DNA of 64,000 nt, taken from the NCBI GenBank assembly GCA_964016885.1, contig OZ024750.1, positions 49,724,001-49,788,000 of the forward strand, in the 5' to 3' direction. Made by a program: the position numbers and the translations under genes. The notes beneath the pieces were generated by a model that had not been told where the DNA came from, ran no database searches, and was given only the letters and a program-made list of their open reading frames with translations. This stretch comes from Eledone cirrhosa. Lineage: Eukaryota. This document shows, piece after piece, positions 40,304 to 54,613 of the stretch; position 1 is the first letter of the stretch; each line of letters opens with the position of its first letter.

Positions 40304-41389
40304 TACAAATATTAACAAAATAGATGTTCTTTTGATCAATAAAATTGTATTATACATATTTCCTAGGTACAACAGTACGTCGTCATCAAGCAAAATATAA
40401 TGATACATGACATACCCTGTGATGTTAAATGGTTAATATGTAATCAAGGTAGTGATTAACCTAAGAGAAAACTCAACCTTTATACCCTAATAATGAGAAA
40501 ATGCGAAAACGTAGTAAATTCAATAGAAGTGTTATGAGTAAGAAAAACGTTGCTTAATGGGACAGCGATAGAGATTTTAAAATGTGGTATACTACAAGTT
40601 ATGGTTATCGAGGAAAACGTCTCTTGAATTATAACTGTTTATGGAGGCAACTGATACAATATTTAAAGAGAGGGAGAGATAAAGGGGAGTTTTTCCTTAA
40701 AGTCTAAAGGTTAAGTTTCAAAATATTTAATTTATGTTATTTTAAGGGTGAAGAATCAAAATGTTAATTTTTTTTAAAAGTTCACGGTTATTTATATTTA
40801 TTAATTTTATAAATTCTATAAAAGTGTTAACATTTCTAAAATTCTGAATTTTATGATGTCAACATTTAAAGGATTTACTTGAACAGCGAACGGAAAATTT
40901 ACACTGTTGAATATTTACCTAAATATAATCTTTAACGAAAATTACATATAAGAATGTCCACATTTTCGGTATGTAAAGCTTATGAAATACTTATTGTTTG
41001 AAATATCTAAAAATTAATTGTCAAGTAGTTAGCGTAATGATTAACGCAGAGTTTGCTAAAGTTAAATACATACATATATATGAAAAGAGTGTAAACGCAT
41101 GAATGATTTACAGTTCAAAATAAGGTCCGTAAAAATGTAGAGGTTGGATATTTGCACTATATTTGAATCATGAATAGAAAAATATAAAGGTAGGTATATT
41201 TAAAAACTTACATAAGATAAGTACATACATGTTATAAATAAAAAAGTGTAAACACACGAATGATTGACAGTTAAAAATAAGTTATGTAAACATTTACAGG
41301 TTGGATATTTAAACTAAAATTAAAACTTAGATAGGAAAATAAAGATAGAGAAATATTAGTATGGATCAATGTTAATAATATTATGTTTT

Positions 41390-43114
41390 CTATATCAACG
41401 TGTTTATACGACAATTTAATAGTGTGTCTATTAAAAATGGAATGGTATTTATGTTGAGTAGGGAAAGAGGTGTCCAAAGCATTAAAGAATAATTTTGCAA
41501 TTGGTGTTCTAACTGCGACCGATGCATGGCGGGGGGGGGGGGGGGGGACATATGACTGATTTAGTTCTAGTTATTTTCCTCAATTTGTTTGGCGTATGGG
41601 TGTTTGAATTATAATTATTAGAGTTTCGTTTATATATGTTATTTTTTTTATCAGGATTAAGACTTGGATTATTATTATCTACATATTCTATATTATTCAC
41701 ATATCCTGCTCTTTTTAACGCGTTGTTGTAGTATTCAGCATTTTCGTCAATTATAGCTCTATTGGCTGATATTTTATTAATTCGTTTTTGCACACTATTT
41801 ACTATAGATTTTTTTTACAAATTTAGGGTGATTGGAATGGTTACTAACATAGTTTAAGTTTTCATTGGGCTTAATGAAAAGGGTAACAGAAGCCAGTGTT
41901 TAAGTTAAAGGTAACGTCTAGGAAATTAACTATTTTGGTACCATTTTCTACTTCTAACTTAAGGTCATACATTTTAAAGAATTCTATTATAATTTTCCTT
42001 ACTCTATTTAGTTCTATATTGTTTTGTTTGACCACCGTAAATAAAATGTCGTCCCTATATAAACCACCGGTAATCTCCGGCAGTTTTCTATTTATCATAT
42101 TTAATATGAAAATTCCCAGAAGATCTGTGATTTGCGCAGAATCGGATGCCCCCATAGCGATAGCAAAGTTTCTATCTCTATCTGAGCGGGTCCAATATTC
42201 ATTATTGAAGTTAATAAGAGTTATTCTCGCTGTTAGTATGATATCAATGTCATCTGTGGTTAGATCAGTATGCTTATAAGCATATGATAGAGCCTTATTT
42301 AGAAGGTAGGTGTTATGGAAGAACAGTAGATTGTTATGTCCATCTGGATGAATTTATGGTTTTTCCTATCATCTATTTGCCTGTACCATTCTATGACTTC
42401 ATTTGTATCTTTCCACAAGCTCAAATTAGATGTCAATTTAAGAGTGGGTAATATTCTATCTATGATGTTTTTACTGATTACTTCAATATCCGATTTGGAT
42501 GGAGCAATCAGTCTAACTGGCATATCTTCCTCAAAATTACTTTTGTGATCCTTTAAGTTAATCCTCGACTGCCTAGGTAAGAATGGCTCGGTTCTTTCTT
42601 CTATTCCTAAATTGGTAATTAATTTATAGGCATCTTAGTTCATTTCAGTAAGATCATCAGCCGGGGCTTTTTTTAAATTTTTCCTAAGTTCCTTTAAAAT
42701 CAATTTGCTATATTCATCTTTGTTTATCCCATATAAATTATTAGTTTTGTCCGATTTAACCAATACTTTGTTAATTTTTTTTATTACAGTGATTTTTTTT
42801 TCTTTTAGAATTCTGAGGTATTGGTGACCTATATATGGGTTTTTCCTAAATTAATTTGTTTTAATTATACCGAGGATTTGTGTTTCAAAATCCTCCAGGA
42901 GTTTGTTGTATGGAGGATTCTTTCTTGATTTAAATAAACATCTAAAATGATTGTTGTTGGTTTTTCTTTCGGCATCTTTATTTTCAAAATGAAATGCTCG
43001 CCATCTCAATCTTCTAATAAAAGAGTTTGCCTGTTCAATAGTTTTCCTCATGTATTCATCATTTGAAGGTATGGGTATATCTTTGAGGGAAGTCGGGAAG
43101 TTTAAGAAATCCAT
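41390..43114 (-). pseudogene. Penelope-type reverse transcriptase ORF, frameshifted; no GIY-YIG domain visible
   Basis: SLKDIPIPS..FIRRLRWRAFHF, PVRLIAPSKSDI, FIQMDITIYCSSIT, AMGASDSAQITDLLG, GLYRDD, VNFLDVTFNL, IFNRHTIKLSY. Confidence 0.9.
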
Positions 43115-43324
43115 ATTTATTGAATACGCAATCTATTGTATAGAAAAGCGCTCAAACATTTGGGAGTAGTATATATTAAAGTGTTAAACAGGATTCAATG
43201 AGTACATCAAAGAATGAGGTGTGCAGTAGATTGGAAGCACTCTACAGCTAAAACAATTTTCTAGCGTTATTAATATTAAAATACAAATATTAATAACATA
43301 GATGTTCTTTTGATCAATTAAATT

Positions 43325-43373
43325 TGATTATACATATTTCAGAGGTACAACAGTACGTCCTCATCAGACAAAA
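43325..43373 (-). ncRNA. Hammerhead-like motif in pLTR (mutated paralogues at about 40348-40396 minus and 46605-46645 plus)
   Basis: ttttgt-CTGATGA-ggacgtac-tgtt-gtacctct-GAAA-tatgta-TA. In the 46611 copy stem II is a perfect gaggtac/gtacctc. Stem I pairs imperfectly. Confidence 0.6.
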
Positions 43374-44370
43374 TATATTTATACATGACATGCCCTGAAA
43401 TGTTAAATGGTTAAGATTTAATCAAGGTAGTGATTAACCTAAGAGAAAACTCAACATGTATACCCTAATAATGAGAAAATGTGAAAACGTAATAAATTCA
43501 ATAGAGGATGTATGAGTAAGAAAAACGTTGCTTAATGTGACAGCTATAGAGATTTTAAAATGTGGGATACTACAAGTTATGGTTATCGAGGAAAAACGTC
43601 TCTTGAATTATAACTGTTTATGGAGGCAACTGATACAATATTTAAAGAGAGGGAGAGATAAAGGGGAGTAATATATGCAGAAGAAATTGTTTTTATTAAA
43701 GGCTAAACGGTTAAGTTTCAAAATATTTAATTTATGTTATTTTAAGGGTGAAGAATCAACATTTTAATTTTATTTAAAAGTTGATGGTTATTTATATTTA
43801 TTAATTTTATAAATTCTATAAATGTGTTAACATTTCTAAAATTCTGAATTTTATGAGGAGAAAATCTAAAGGATTTACTTGGCCAGCGAAAGGAAAATTT
43901 ACACTGTTGAATATTTTCTTAAATGTAAGCTTTAACGAAAATTATCTGCAATGTAATCTTTAACGAAAGAAAAAATGATTTATTTTTATTTTTTTCCCTT
44001 AAAGGCTAAACGGTTAAATTTCAAAATATTTAATTTATGTTATTTTAAGTGTGAAGAATCAAAATGTTAAGTTTTTTTAAAAGTTGATGGTTATTTATAT
44101 TTATTAATTTCATAAATTCTATAAATGTGTTAACATTTCTAAAATTCTGAATTTTATGAAGGCAAAATTTAAAGGATTTACCTGACCAGCGGAAGGAAAA
44201 TTTACACTGTTGAATATTATCCTAAATGTAATCTTTAACGAAAATTTCCTATAAGAATGTTCACATTTTCGGTATGTAAATCTTATGAAGTACTTATTGT
44301 TAGAAATATCTAAAAAATAATTGTCAAGTACTTAGTGTAATGATTAACGCAGAATTTGCTAACGTTAAAT

Positions 44371-44420
<50 letters not shown>

Positions 44421-44422
<2 letters not shown>

Positions 44423-45136
44423 GGGGTAACAAATAATAGTTAAATGCAGTCCAACTAGGTAAAGTCCAGTTATGGTATTCCAGGTAGTGGATTATATTAA
44501 CGCTTGGCTTGGTTTGACTCAACAAGGCGTTTTCATAGTGATGCTGCGGGTATGCCGTAATTCCTATGTTGTAAACACTTGGAGTAATAATAAATCAGGA
44601 AAGAAGGTTGACATGGTTTGCTATACAAAAAAGGTTTAATCACATAGCTTACATTTGTTTCACTGAACTGGTAGGTCTAGAGATCGCTATTCGCTTATTT
44701 TCGCGTTACTCGATCGCCAATACAAAATTGTAACTAGTCAGATCTTCGGAGCATGCGAGAATGAAGAAAATACACAGGCAAGAAAAGAATATACAGGCTA
44801 TTATATGAAGTAGTAATGGAATTCAATTAGAACAATAACAACAATTGCAACAATGCTATCAATCAATTATTTAAGGAGACCCTTACATTACTTAGGTGGG
44901 GGGTATATAATGTATCTAACGTTACGGCGTGTAAAACTAGCTGTCATGAGGCAAAAGAAAGCGTTTGGCATGTACAAAGTATTGAAGTGTATATCAATTT
45001 TAAATTTTAAAGATAAGCTAGTGTTTACAGTCTTTCTCTTCATCATCAATAGTATACATGAGTGGGACAACATTGTCAAAGCTAAATAGTTGTTGAGTTA
45101 ATACAGAGGTTAACGAAATAATATACGCATATATTT

Positions 45137-45217
<81 letters not shown>

Positions 45218-45605
45218 TACACATGCATGTGTACATAGACACATACATACACATCAATATACACTCGTACAAAAATATACATACATGCAAAGAGATAAGC
45301 GTGCTAATTGTAATTATGGCAAAAAGAAGGTAAAGTTACATTGTAGTAGTGATTTGAGAAAAACTAGGATTTAGGATCAAATGATGGCAGCAGCTGAGAA
45401 GGAATAAGTTTGTTGATAGATGAGGTACTTACAGACAATTATGTGGTATAGACTTGTGAAGGATATAGTATACTTAATGAATATATTTCTGTGGGTAGTA
45501 GTTATCCTAATTTAAAGCTATGTTATGTTGGTTCGATTCACGGAGGTTTGAATCTTAGGAATTTAGTGGCTATTCTATGTCTGCAGAAGATAGATCTTTC
45601 TAACT
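44421..45605 (-). mobile_element. Nested 3' fragment of a second PLE family (related to 18570-19722)
   Basis: ERSIFCRHRIATKFLRFKPP* (stop 45538-40) parallels ERSISSRHKAATKFANFKPT*. The UTR end matches 19560-19720, and the fragment interrupts the host pLTR at a TA tract. Confidence 0.7.
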
Positions 45606-46787
45606 ATAAAAGAGTGTAAACGCAGTTCAAAATAAGGTCCGTAAAAATTTACAGGTTGGATATTTGCACTATATTTAAATCATGGATAGAAAAATATAAA
45701 GGTAGGTATTTTTAAAAACTTACAAAAGATAAATACATACATATTATATATAAAAAAGTGTAAACACATGAATGATTCACAGTTAAAAATAAGTTCGTAA
45801 AAATTTACAGGTTGGATATTTAAACTAAAATTAAAATTTAGATAGGAAAATAAAGATAGAGTAATATTAGTATCGATCAAAGTTATTATGTTATTGTCTG
45901 CGTGTTATTGAACATGTGTTATTCATTCGATCGTTATTCCCTCTATAGATAGTTATAATATAAAGCAACATTAAAGGCCATTAAAGCTTTCACCTGTTGA
46001 ATATTTACGTCTAAAGATTACATTACAGGTAATCTTCGTTAAAGATTACATTTAGGAAAATATACAACAGTGTAAATTTTCCTTTCGCTGGCCAAGTAAA
46101 TCCTATAAATGTTGTCCTCATAAAATTCAGAATATTAGAAATTTTAACACATTTGTAGAATTTATAAAATTAATAAATATAAATAACCATCAACTTTAGA
46201 AAAAAACTTAATATTTTGATTATTCACCCTTAAAATAACATAAATTAAATATTTTGAAACTTAACCGTATAGCCTTTAAGGGAAAAACAATTTTCTCTGC
46301 ATATATTACAGCCCTTTATATCTTCCTCTACTTAAAACTTCTATCAGTTGCCTCCATAAACAGTTATAATTCAAGAGACGTTTTCCTAGATAACCATAAC
46401 TTGTAGTATCCTACATTTTAAAATCTCTATAGCTGTCACATTAAGCAAAGTTTTTTCTTACTCATACATCCTCTATTGAATTTATTACGTTTTCGCATTT
46501 TCTCATTATTAGGGTATAAATGTTGAGTTTTCTCTTAGGTTAATCACTACCTTGATTAAATGTTACTCATTTAACATCTCAGGGTATGTCATGTATAATT
46601 ATATTTTGTTTGATGAGGAGGTACTGTTGTACCTCTGAAATAAAATGTTATTGATCAAAAGAACATCTATTTTATTAATATTTGTATTTTAATATTAATA
46701 ACTCTAGAAAATTATTTTTCTGTAGAGTGATTCCAATCTACTGTAAAACTCATTATTTAATGTACTCATTGAATCCTGTTCAACTTC

Positions 46788-46840
<53 letters not shown>

Positions 46841-46846
<6 letters not shown>

Positions 46847-47879
46847 ACTAGAAATTGATTAACATATATATAAACATGAATAATCACAGGAGATAATTTG
46901 TACAAGTGTGTAACCACACATAGCTAGGTAGGTAACTAAATAAAGTTGACTAGAACTTCAAAAATAGATACCTTATAATATGATACATCTTCCCTGTATA
47001 TATTTCATTAAAGAAATATATTTCACCAATTAATCGGATGGTAAACCACGGAAGTGGATATTTGGATTTTCAAGAATGAAGAAATTTCTAGCTATCCGCG
47101 CTTACACTTCAAGTTCAAATCTGCAACTGGCTATCACCACGTGTAATATTTACTAGAAATACACACATCATATTAGCTTCGTCCCCGTGGCGTTAATAGG
47201 GTTATCGACAACTGGAAACAGAGTTATTATAGAATCTTAGAGCTTATTTTCCGGGTGATATGGCGCATGTCTTTCATAATTTTGATTTAGATTAAATTCA
47301 TTTAATTTATCTTAATTTTGGATATAGATATATAAATACGGCTCCTTAATTGTAGAGCCAACTCTGTTGAAAGGACTCGACTGTTGATTCTAGTTGTCGA
47401 TAACCCTATTCCCGCTATTGGGACGAAGCTACTATGATGTGTGTATTTCTAGTAAATACTACACATGGTGATAGCCAGTTGCAGATTTGAACTTGAAGTG
47501 TAAGCGCGGATAGCTAAAAATGTCTTCCTTGTTGAAAATCCAAATCTCCACTTCCGTGGTTTACCATCCTATTAATTGGTGAAATGTATTTCTTTAATGG
47601 AATATATACAGGGAAGATTAATCATATTATAAGGTATCTATTTCTGAAGTTCTAGTCAACTTTATTTAGTTACCTATTTGTGGTTACACACTTGTAAAAT
47701 TATCTCCTGTGATTATTCATGTTTATATATATGTTAATCAATTTCTAGTTATTATAAAATGGTCGGACCTACTCGTTAGAATGTTAGAGCTTATTTTTCC
47801 GGGTGATATGGCGCATGTCTTTCTGGCATGACACCCATAATTTTAATTTAGATTAAATTCATTTCATTTATCTTAATTT

Positions 47880-47885
<6 letters not shown>
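46841..47885. repeat. Non-coding unit of about 547 bp with about 100-bp direct redundancy plus about 380-bp inverted copy, bounded by (TA)n
   Basis: 46841-47225 is the reverse complement of about 47378-47754; 47231-47330 is repeated at 47778-47885. Confidence 0.88.
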
Positions 47886-47952
<67 letters not shown>

Positions 47953-47981
47953 CATGTGTAGGAGGTGAGTTATTGTAGTCT

Positions 47982-48014
<33 letters not shown>

Positions 48015-48098
48015 GGAACGACGGCTGAGCTCAAGCCGTTTCGACGGCTAATTCTAGATTAAAAATGGTCCATCTGGTTCCTTACCACATTTCCTTCG

Positions 48099-48100
<2 letters not shown>
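48015..48100. mobile_element. Family B fragments joined in opposite orientations inside (TA)n
   Basis: gacggctgagctcaagccgtttcgacggctaattc followed by ggtccatctggttccttaccacatttccttcgtta. Confidence 0.75.
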
Positions 48101-48141
<41 letters not shown>

Positions 48142-48469
48142 AAAAGGGAGTAAGGTTCAATACAAAACAGGGGTTTGTTTGTCACAGGTCTTTTTGTGGT
48201 GGGAAATTAGAAAAGCATCAAATTATGAGTGAAATCAGAAAATTTGGCAAATATGTGTATGAACAATTCATTTTTATTTCGTGGTGCATGTGTATGTGTG
48301 TAGATGTGTGTATACACACACACATACACACACATATATATATACACATACATATGTATATATATGCACATATATACACACCCACGCATGCGTATATGTG
48401 TGCAAATGTGACGATCTGTCTGTATATGTCTATGTGCTTAGTCAATAGGTCCTTATGAATAATCTAATG

Positions 48470-51400
48470 GAGGTGATTACATATTCAATTTTCGTTTAAA
48501 TCTGTTAATACATAGTTGTTTTTTTTCTTCATTGTTGTGTGAAAGAATGTTAACACTTATAAATGTGGGTGATTTTTAATTTGAGTAGTATCATTCCTTC
48601 ACAACTTGCAATGTGGCTATATAAGCGGATTTCTCTTGTGATTACATCTCGGATTTGTTGGCAATAGATGGTCATACTTTTGCATAAGGACACACCTGTC
48701 TGTTCTCTGTAGTTATGTCGACAACCACGTAGATCAGGTTCTGTGAGTTGCAAGTGAAGTTGTTTATCACTGAAAACATTTGACCATCCATTAATGTGAA
48801 TGTGTGTCCTTCAATTAAGTAGAGGCATGTGTCACAGTTTGTTTTTACACATTTTGTTACTGTAAGGTTGGAGATTATTTTGTGTATATTTGTCCTGTGA
48901 GAATGTGTTTTACTGATTTGGGTTTCCTTTTACTTTTAACGATCTTGTGTGTTTCTAGGATTTTTCAATAGACTCGGGAGGTTTTTGTGTAGGAGGTCGA
49001 ACATTTCGGTTTTTCTGGGGTTGAACGTGGATACATATGGTAAGGAATTGTTCGTCGGTATGTGCTTCGGATTGTTAAGTTTATGAAATCTTACGTGTTT
49101 GGCTCAGTCTATTGCTTTATTAATTATGTCAAGTGGGAAGGTTCTTAATGTAAGTGCTTTTTTTAGTACAATTAGACTTTGTTCCCGTTTAGTTGGTTAA
49201 GTTAAATGGAATGTTAATTTGTGTATGTTTTGGGTGACTTGATGTGAAGAGGGGGTACTGTATAGAGTCCGTGGGTTTATAAAAGATCTCCGTTAATATT
49301 TTCCCATCTGTTTTTAAAATAAGGATATCCAAGAAAGGCTAATTCCTTGGAGCTGGATTCCACTAAGAATTGTATGTTATTATTAATGTTGTTTATCATA
49401 TTTTTGAAAATAGTGAGTGTATTCATGTTTTCATTGCATAGTATAAAGCAATCTTCTAGTTATCTCTTCCAATTATGTGTTTGATGCGTATAGCAAGAGT
49501 CTCCGACTAACAGAAGGGGCTGTCTGTAAATGTGTTCGTGGAATCCCATAACTAAGTTGGCGTATGTGAGGCTACTTTTATGCACATTGCAGTTACTGAG
49601 ATGTGTCGGTATGTTGAATCATTGAAAGTAAAGAAATTATTCTGTAAGATAAATCGGAGTCCATCAATAATACAGTTTTGTTGGTGCCTGTTGGTATTTC
49701 AGATTGGTGAGTGTCTGGCGAGTACTGGATTGCTGTTATTCCATAGTTATAGGGTATGTTAGAGTAGAGGTTTACCACGTCAAAGGAGACAAGAGTAGTG
49801 TTTCCACTTACTGTTTTGGATAGATGGTCAACATATCAAGGTCATCTCGTATGTAGCTCTGTATATGTTTTAGGAAGGACTTTAGTAGGATGGCCAAGAA
49901 GTTGCTATAATTGATCTGATTTTAAGTATTATGGTTGGGTTAATTGAATGTATATGAGTTTACATTGATGTATCTTCGGTAAGCCGTAGAAAGCACTTCT
50001 ATTACATTTGAAATGGCTTATGTATTCAGATTCTTTTGTGGTTAGGTTACTGCAATATATTTTTGAGTAATGCCAGGAGATTCCCCATTGTTTTAGTTTG
50101 TTTATAGTTTTCTGTGTTTGCGTAGTATTTGTTGTCGTCTAAGATTTTAAGTGCCCTGTTTCTATAGTAGTAAGTGTCCATAATTACCACTGTATTCCCT
50201 TCATCGGCTTCTTTGATTGATATTTCAGTCTTATCTCGAAGTGTGAATAATTATTTCCATTCGCGTTTAGAGAGGTTCGATTTCGTGTATTTATTTGCAT
50301 TTTGTTCATAGAGAAGTTAATGGTGCGTTCGCAGTAGGTGTCCTAGTGCTCTGTTCCTCCCTTCGTGTGGACTAAAATCACGTTTGTTTTTAACTATTGA
50401 TTCGTCTTCAGTGTTGGTGTCAGTTTATGTGTTAGTTAGTGACACTTTTGAAAGGTTGATTAGCTTCGGTTTTTCATGAGTGGTGACAATAGGGTGTTTC
50501 AGTCTTGTTCCGCAAAAAGGAATGTTATTGGGTTGTAATAGTCTGCTTGTCTGCTTTGTATGGTTCTGTATTTTTTTATGAGAGTTAGTATGGTGATGGG
50601 GTGGTATATGTTGTAGTTGTTATTGTATAAGAGCTCTGTTATGGGTTCATGTAGTCTGGGTGGATTCTTTCTGGGATACATAGTGTTGATATTGTGTTTT
50701 TTTTTTGTAATGTTGGGGGTGATACATGTTGTAGTTTTTAATGTGGGATGGTTGTGTTGGGATTTCATGTGGTCTGGGCGGATTTCTCCTGAAGTCTATG
50801 GTGTTTGTGTTGCAGTTTAGTTCTATGTTGTTTAGGAGATATTATTGTGGGTACCTATATAGTGGTGGTTGGGTCTGTTTCTTCTATTGTAGTTGGTTGT
50901 ATATGGTCTGTGGTTTATGGTGGTATGAATGTTTTTGTGGGCGTTCTTGTTTAGTTTAATTTCTTTATAAAGTGGTTATCTGTCTGATCTATTCTTTTGA
51001 AATCCTCTTCATATTTGAGGAACCAATTGTCAAATTTTCCCATCGTTTTAGTGAAATTAATTCTAAATTTTCTCTAGTTCTGTTACTAGGATTTAATTAC
51101 ATGCTGTAGGGTTGATCCCTCAGCGTGTTTAGCACAGTCTATTTCCATTTGTTGGTCAATATCCAGGTGTTTTTTTCATTGCATGTGGCTCTTAGTTTTA
51201 AGAGTTCTATTTCCATATTCATTTTGTTGAGTGACTTGTGTTCTCATAGTTTGCTTTGTTGTTCAGGTTCATTAGTTATGGGTTTTATTTGGAATTTACG
51301 GGGCAAGATTATTGGTGTGGAGTTGATCTATGTTTCATAAATTCCAGCTTAGTTAATATTTTTCAATTGTTTTTTCCAAAAGTGTCCAATTCTGCTTTTA

Positions 51401-51720
51401 ATATGATGTGAGATTTCTTGTCAGTTTAACATTTGTAAGTTTTTCTATGGAATTGCATAAGTGATGTACGTTTAGGTTCAATTGGTTATTGGTTATAATA
51501 TCGTCTTTTTTGTGATCGACCTGTGTGGGGGTTTTATGGTTTATCAAGTTTTTCTGAACAAAATTATTTTAAAGAATAGTCTCAATTGTGTTAAATTATT
51601 GATCAAGAGTTCAGGGGTGGCCAAATGGTGAAATGTAAGCAATAGACAATTGCTGTAGGGGTGAGAGTTAAATGAGAGAGAAAAATGGTGTTGTCAAAAG
51701 AATTTCTATTTTAGGAATAT
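48470..51720 (-). mobile_element. Old, heavily degenerate Penelope-like element (RT plus C-terminal GIY-YIG)
   Basis: Minus-strand remnants: IKEADEGNTVVIMD, LVSFDVVNLYSNIP, TYANLVMGFHE, LEDCF (YxDD site), PFLDILI..IFYKPTDSIQY..SSHPKH, GCRHNYREQTGVSL..QQIRD..SHIASC. Boundaries are approximate. Confidence 0.8.
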
Positions 51721-52282
51721 GGTTTTAGAGAGTATCAGTGTCTATGTGTGAGTGTCTGCATAAACACATATTGGTGTGTGTTTGTGTCTTATTGTAAGTG
51801 TGATGGGATCAAAACTTGGAGAGATATTTTTTATGGACACATGTATGTATATATACACACACATGGACACATACACACACCCACACATATACATTATAAA
51901 ACTCCTTTTTTTTAAAGAATACTTCTTCTCGTGTCTTCAATCATGTCTCTTTGACGAATCAAAGAAGAAAAAATGAAAAACAGATCATATTTTCCATGTT
52001 ATATCCAGTTCCACTTTCTCTTGCCTTCTCTTTCTCTCTTTCTCTGTCTCTCTCTTTTTCTCTGTCTCGCTCTGTTTCTCTGTATATATTTATATATATA
52101 TATATATATATATAAAAGTCCGCTCACTTCCACCCACAATTAGCTCGGAAATGTTATCAATTATTTATGTCTGTCTGAATAAATCATGATGTATATCGTC
52201 ATAGAAATATGCATAACGACTCAATTAATAAAGGACCCTAACGTTGATACTAGAAGTGAATTACATCCTTGTATGCCGAATG

Positions 52283-52317
<35 letters not shown>

Positions 52318-52318
52318 G

Positions 52319-52374
<56 letters not shown>

Positions 52375-52377
<3 letters not shown>

Positions 52378-53605
52378 ATGCGCACATATACGAACGTATA
52401 CACCAAATACACATATAAACGTATATAAATATACCCACATATATACGTATATAACGCACGCACACACCCACCTACACCTTAATTAACATATGTTCACCAA
52501 ACGTACATATACCATAACTCAATGTACACATATACACACCATATATACGTGCAAACACGCATTCACGCGTACACACACAAAAACGAAATGCACATACACA
52601 TAACCAATATATATATAATTTATACACACATACCAATATATATAATATATACACATATAATAAAAACAAGCATGTATACGTACGAGAAAGTATTCGTACC
52701 TCCACAAAACATACGGCTAAGGTATATTTACCTTTACAAATAAGTAATGGTATAAACATAAAATATACTTAGCTACCACATGAAGACGTAAATTCTCCAC
52801 GTTTTGTTCGTACTATCCGTTAGGGTATAATGTGGGGCTGTAATACAGAAACGCTTTGTGCAATTTATGTTTACAAGCCGAAATTGCCTCAGATTTTGTG
52901 TTTAATATGTGGTCATTGGCGTAGAGTATTTCCAGGGCTTTAGCGGCGCAAAGATCGCATGGTCTTTTATTTCCATTATACGATCTAGCCTTAGCTAGGA
53001 TCTCCCAGTGTAACTTTTATTGGGTGTGGTTGTCTTTTAGACTCCAGACATAAGCTGAAACTGACGTCATATTCCATACTAGAGGTTTAAGAAAAGAATG
53101 GGTGCGAATCTAAAGACACTGCTTGAATCTATTGGCGGTTAACCCTATGTAGGCCCTAGTAGACGTGGGTGTTTTGACCTTACATTTGTAGAGAATGCTA
53201 CTAGAGAGGATTTTCCCGGATAAAGGGCAGTCAACCCGATTCCTATAATTACAGTTAGTACTAGCTACAGGGCTGCATAAGTTACTACGGCTAGGTAATT
53301 TATCTAAATTTGAAGCAATGATGTTATGTGCAAAGTTATGTGTCGTGGAGTAACTTATTTTAATGGTATTTCTATTAAAAATATATGTTTGTGCTGAGGA
53401 AAAAATGCTTCTTAATAAGGGAGAGAAAGTTCTTACCTAACGGTGTAGCCACCTCATATTATATGGTGGGTTATACCAAATCATTTGTCGGGATCTATTT
53501 TTCCTTGGTCTATGCCCATACTTAGTATATGCTTCGTTATCGACAAATCCATTCCGAGCAAGTGTTTCATTGTAATGTGTGGAAAGGTCGGTGAAAATAT
53601 GCTCA
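52375..53605 (-). mobile_element. 3' fragment of a Penelope-like element with GIY-YIG endonuclease remnant
   Basis: WYNPPYN, IFNRNTIK, CPLSG..ILYKCKV..AYIGLTANRFK, VSAYVWSLKD..WEILAKARSY..CDLC..LNTKSEAISACKH. An AC/TG-rich UTR follows. Confidence 0.85.
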
Positions 53606-54095
53606 TGTATGTATATAGATGTGTGTATGTATATATTTAATTATTATTAATTTAATAACCTCTGTCATTTTCGTTCTACTAATTTATTTACATTATTCTT
53701 AACTCCCAAGCCGAGAATCAATATGTTTCCTTAATAGAATATTATACTATGACTCCATTTATACCATAAACGTCGTTTAGTCTTTGCGTGTAATTGTTCT
53801 CATCGATCCACGTATTACCCTCGCTTGTTTTACGTTCTTTTCCAGGGAACGTATTCCTGAACCAAAATATCGTCTTCCTCTTTTCCGGTTGCAACGTTTT
53901 TCCAAATATTTACTTCTGCGTTCACAGATTGATTTTTTTTATTTTCAGAAGATCCCGTTAATGATAAAAGCAGCGTTTTTTGGCTTAAAATTTAATCTGT
54001 TATTTTAATAAATATATGCTCTAGGGTTCTTATATATTTGATATATACTTATCTTTATCGAGCCCTCTTTGGATTTTAGTATTCACATTTATTAT

Positions 54096-54161
<66 letters not shown>

Positions 54162-54254
54162 CCGACTCTCAAGAGCATGAAACTAATAAACCTTTGTTTC
54201 TACAGCCTCTCTGTGTTTGTTCCCGTTCCAAATTTCACTATATATATATATATA

Positions 54255-54270
54255 TAGGAGTCATATATTT

Positions 54271-54326
<56 letters not shown>

Positions 54327-54613
54327 AAATATATGACTCCTACGGCAGAGCTCAACGACAAAAAACAAGATGGCGTAGGACAGAACAAAGGAGAGGCACA
54401 AAAACAAAGAAAATAAGCCCTAGTCACTGAAGAGGTCACAGAATGTGTGACGAAAGAACTTTGACACTATATGAACAATCATATGGTTGTGGAACCAACC
54501 AACTAACCGGAAATTTATAAATTCCTAAATTTATAATTTTAATTTATAATAAATTGAAGTGAAAGCAACTGGTGCGTGTGTTTCTTATTGGCAACATGAC
54601 CCTCCAAACGTAT

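Larger units (their letters stand above)
40298..46790 (-). mobile_element. Penelope-like element: inverted pLTR, direct pLTR, RT ORF remnant, 3' pLTR
   Basis: 40298-41385 is repeated at 43276-44370 plus 45606-45895, and an inverted copy lies at about 46010-46790. An RT ORF remnant sits between the repeats, and each repeat carries an HHR-like core. Confidence 0.85.
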
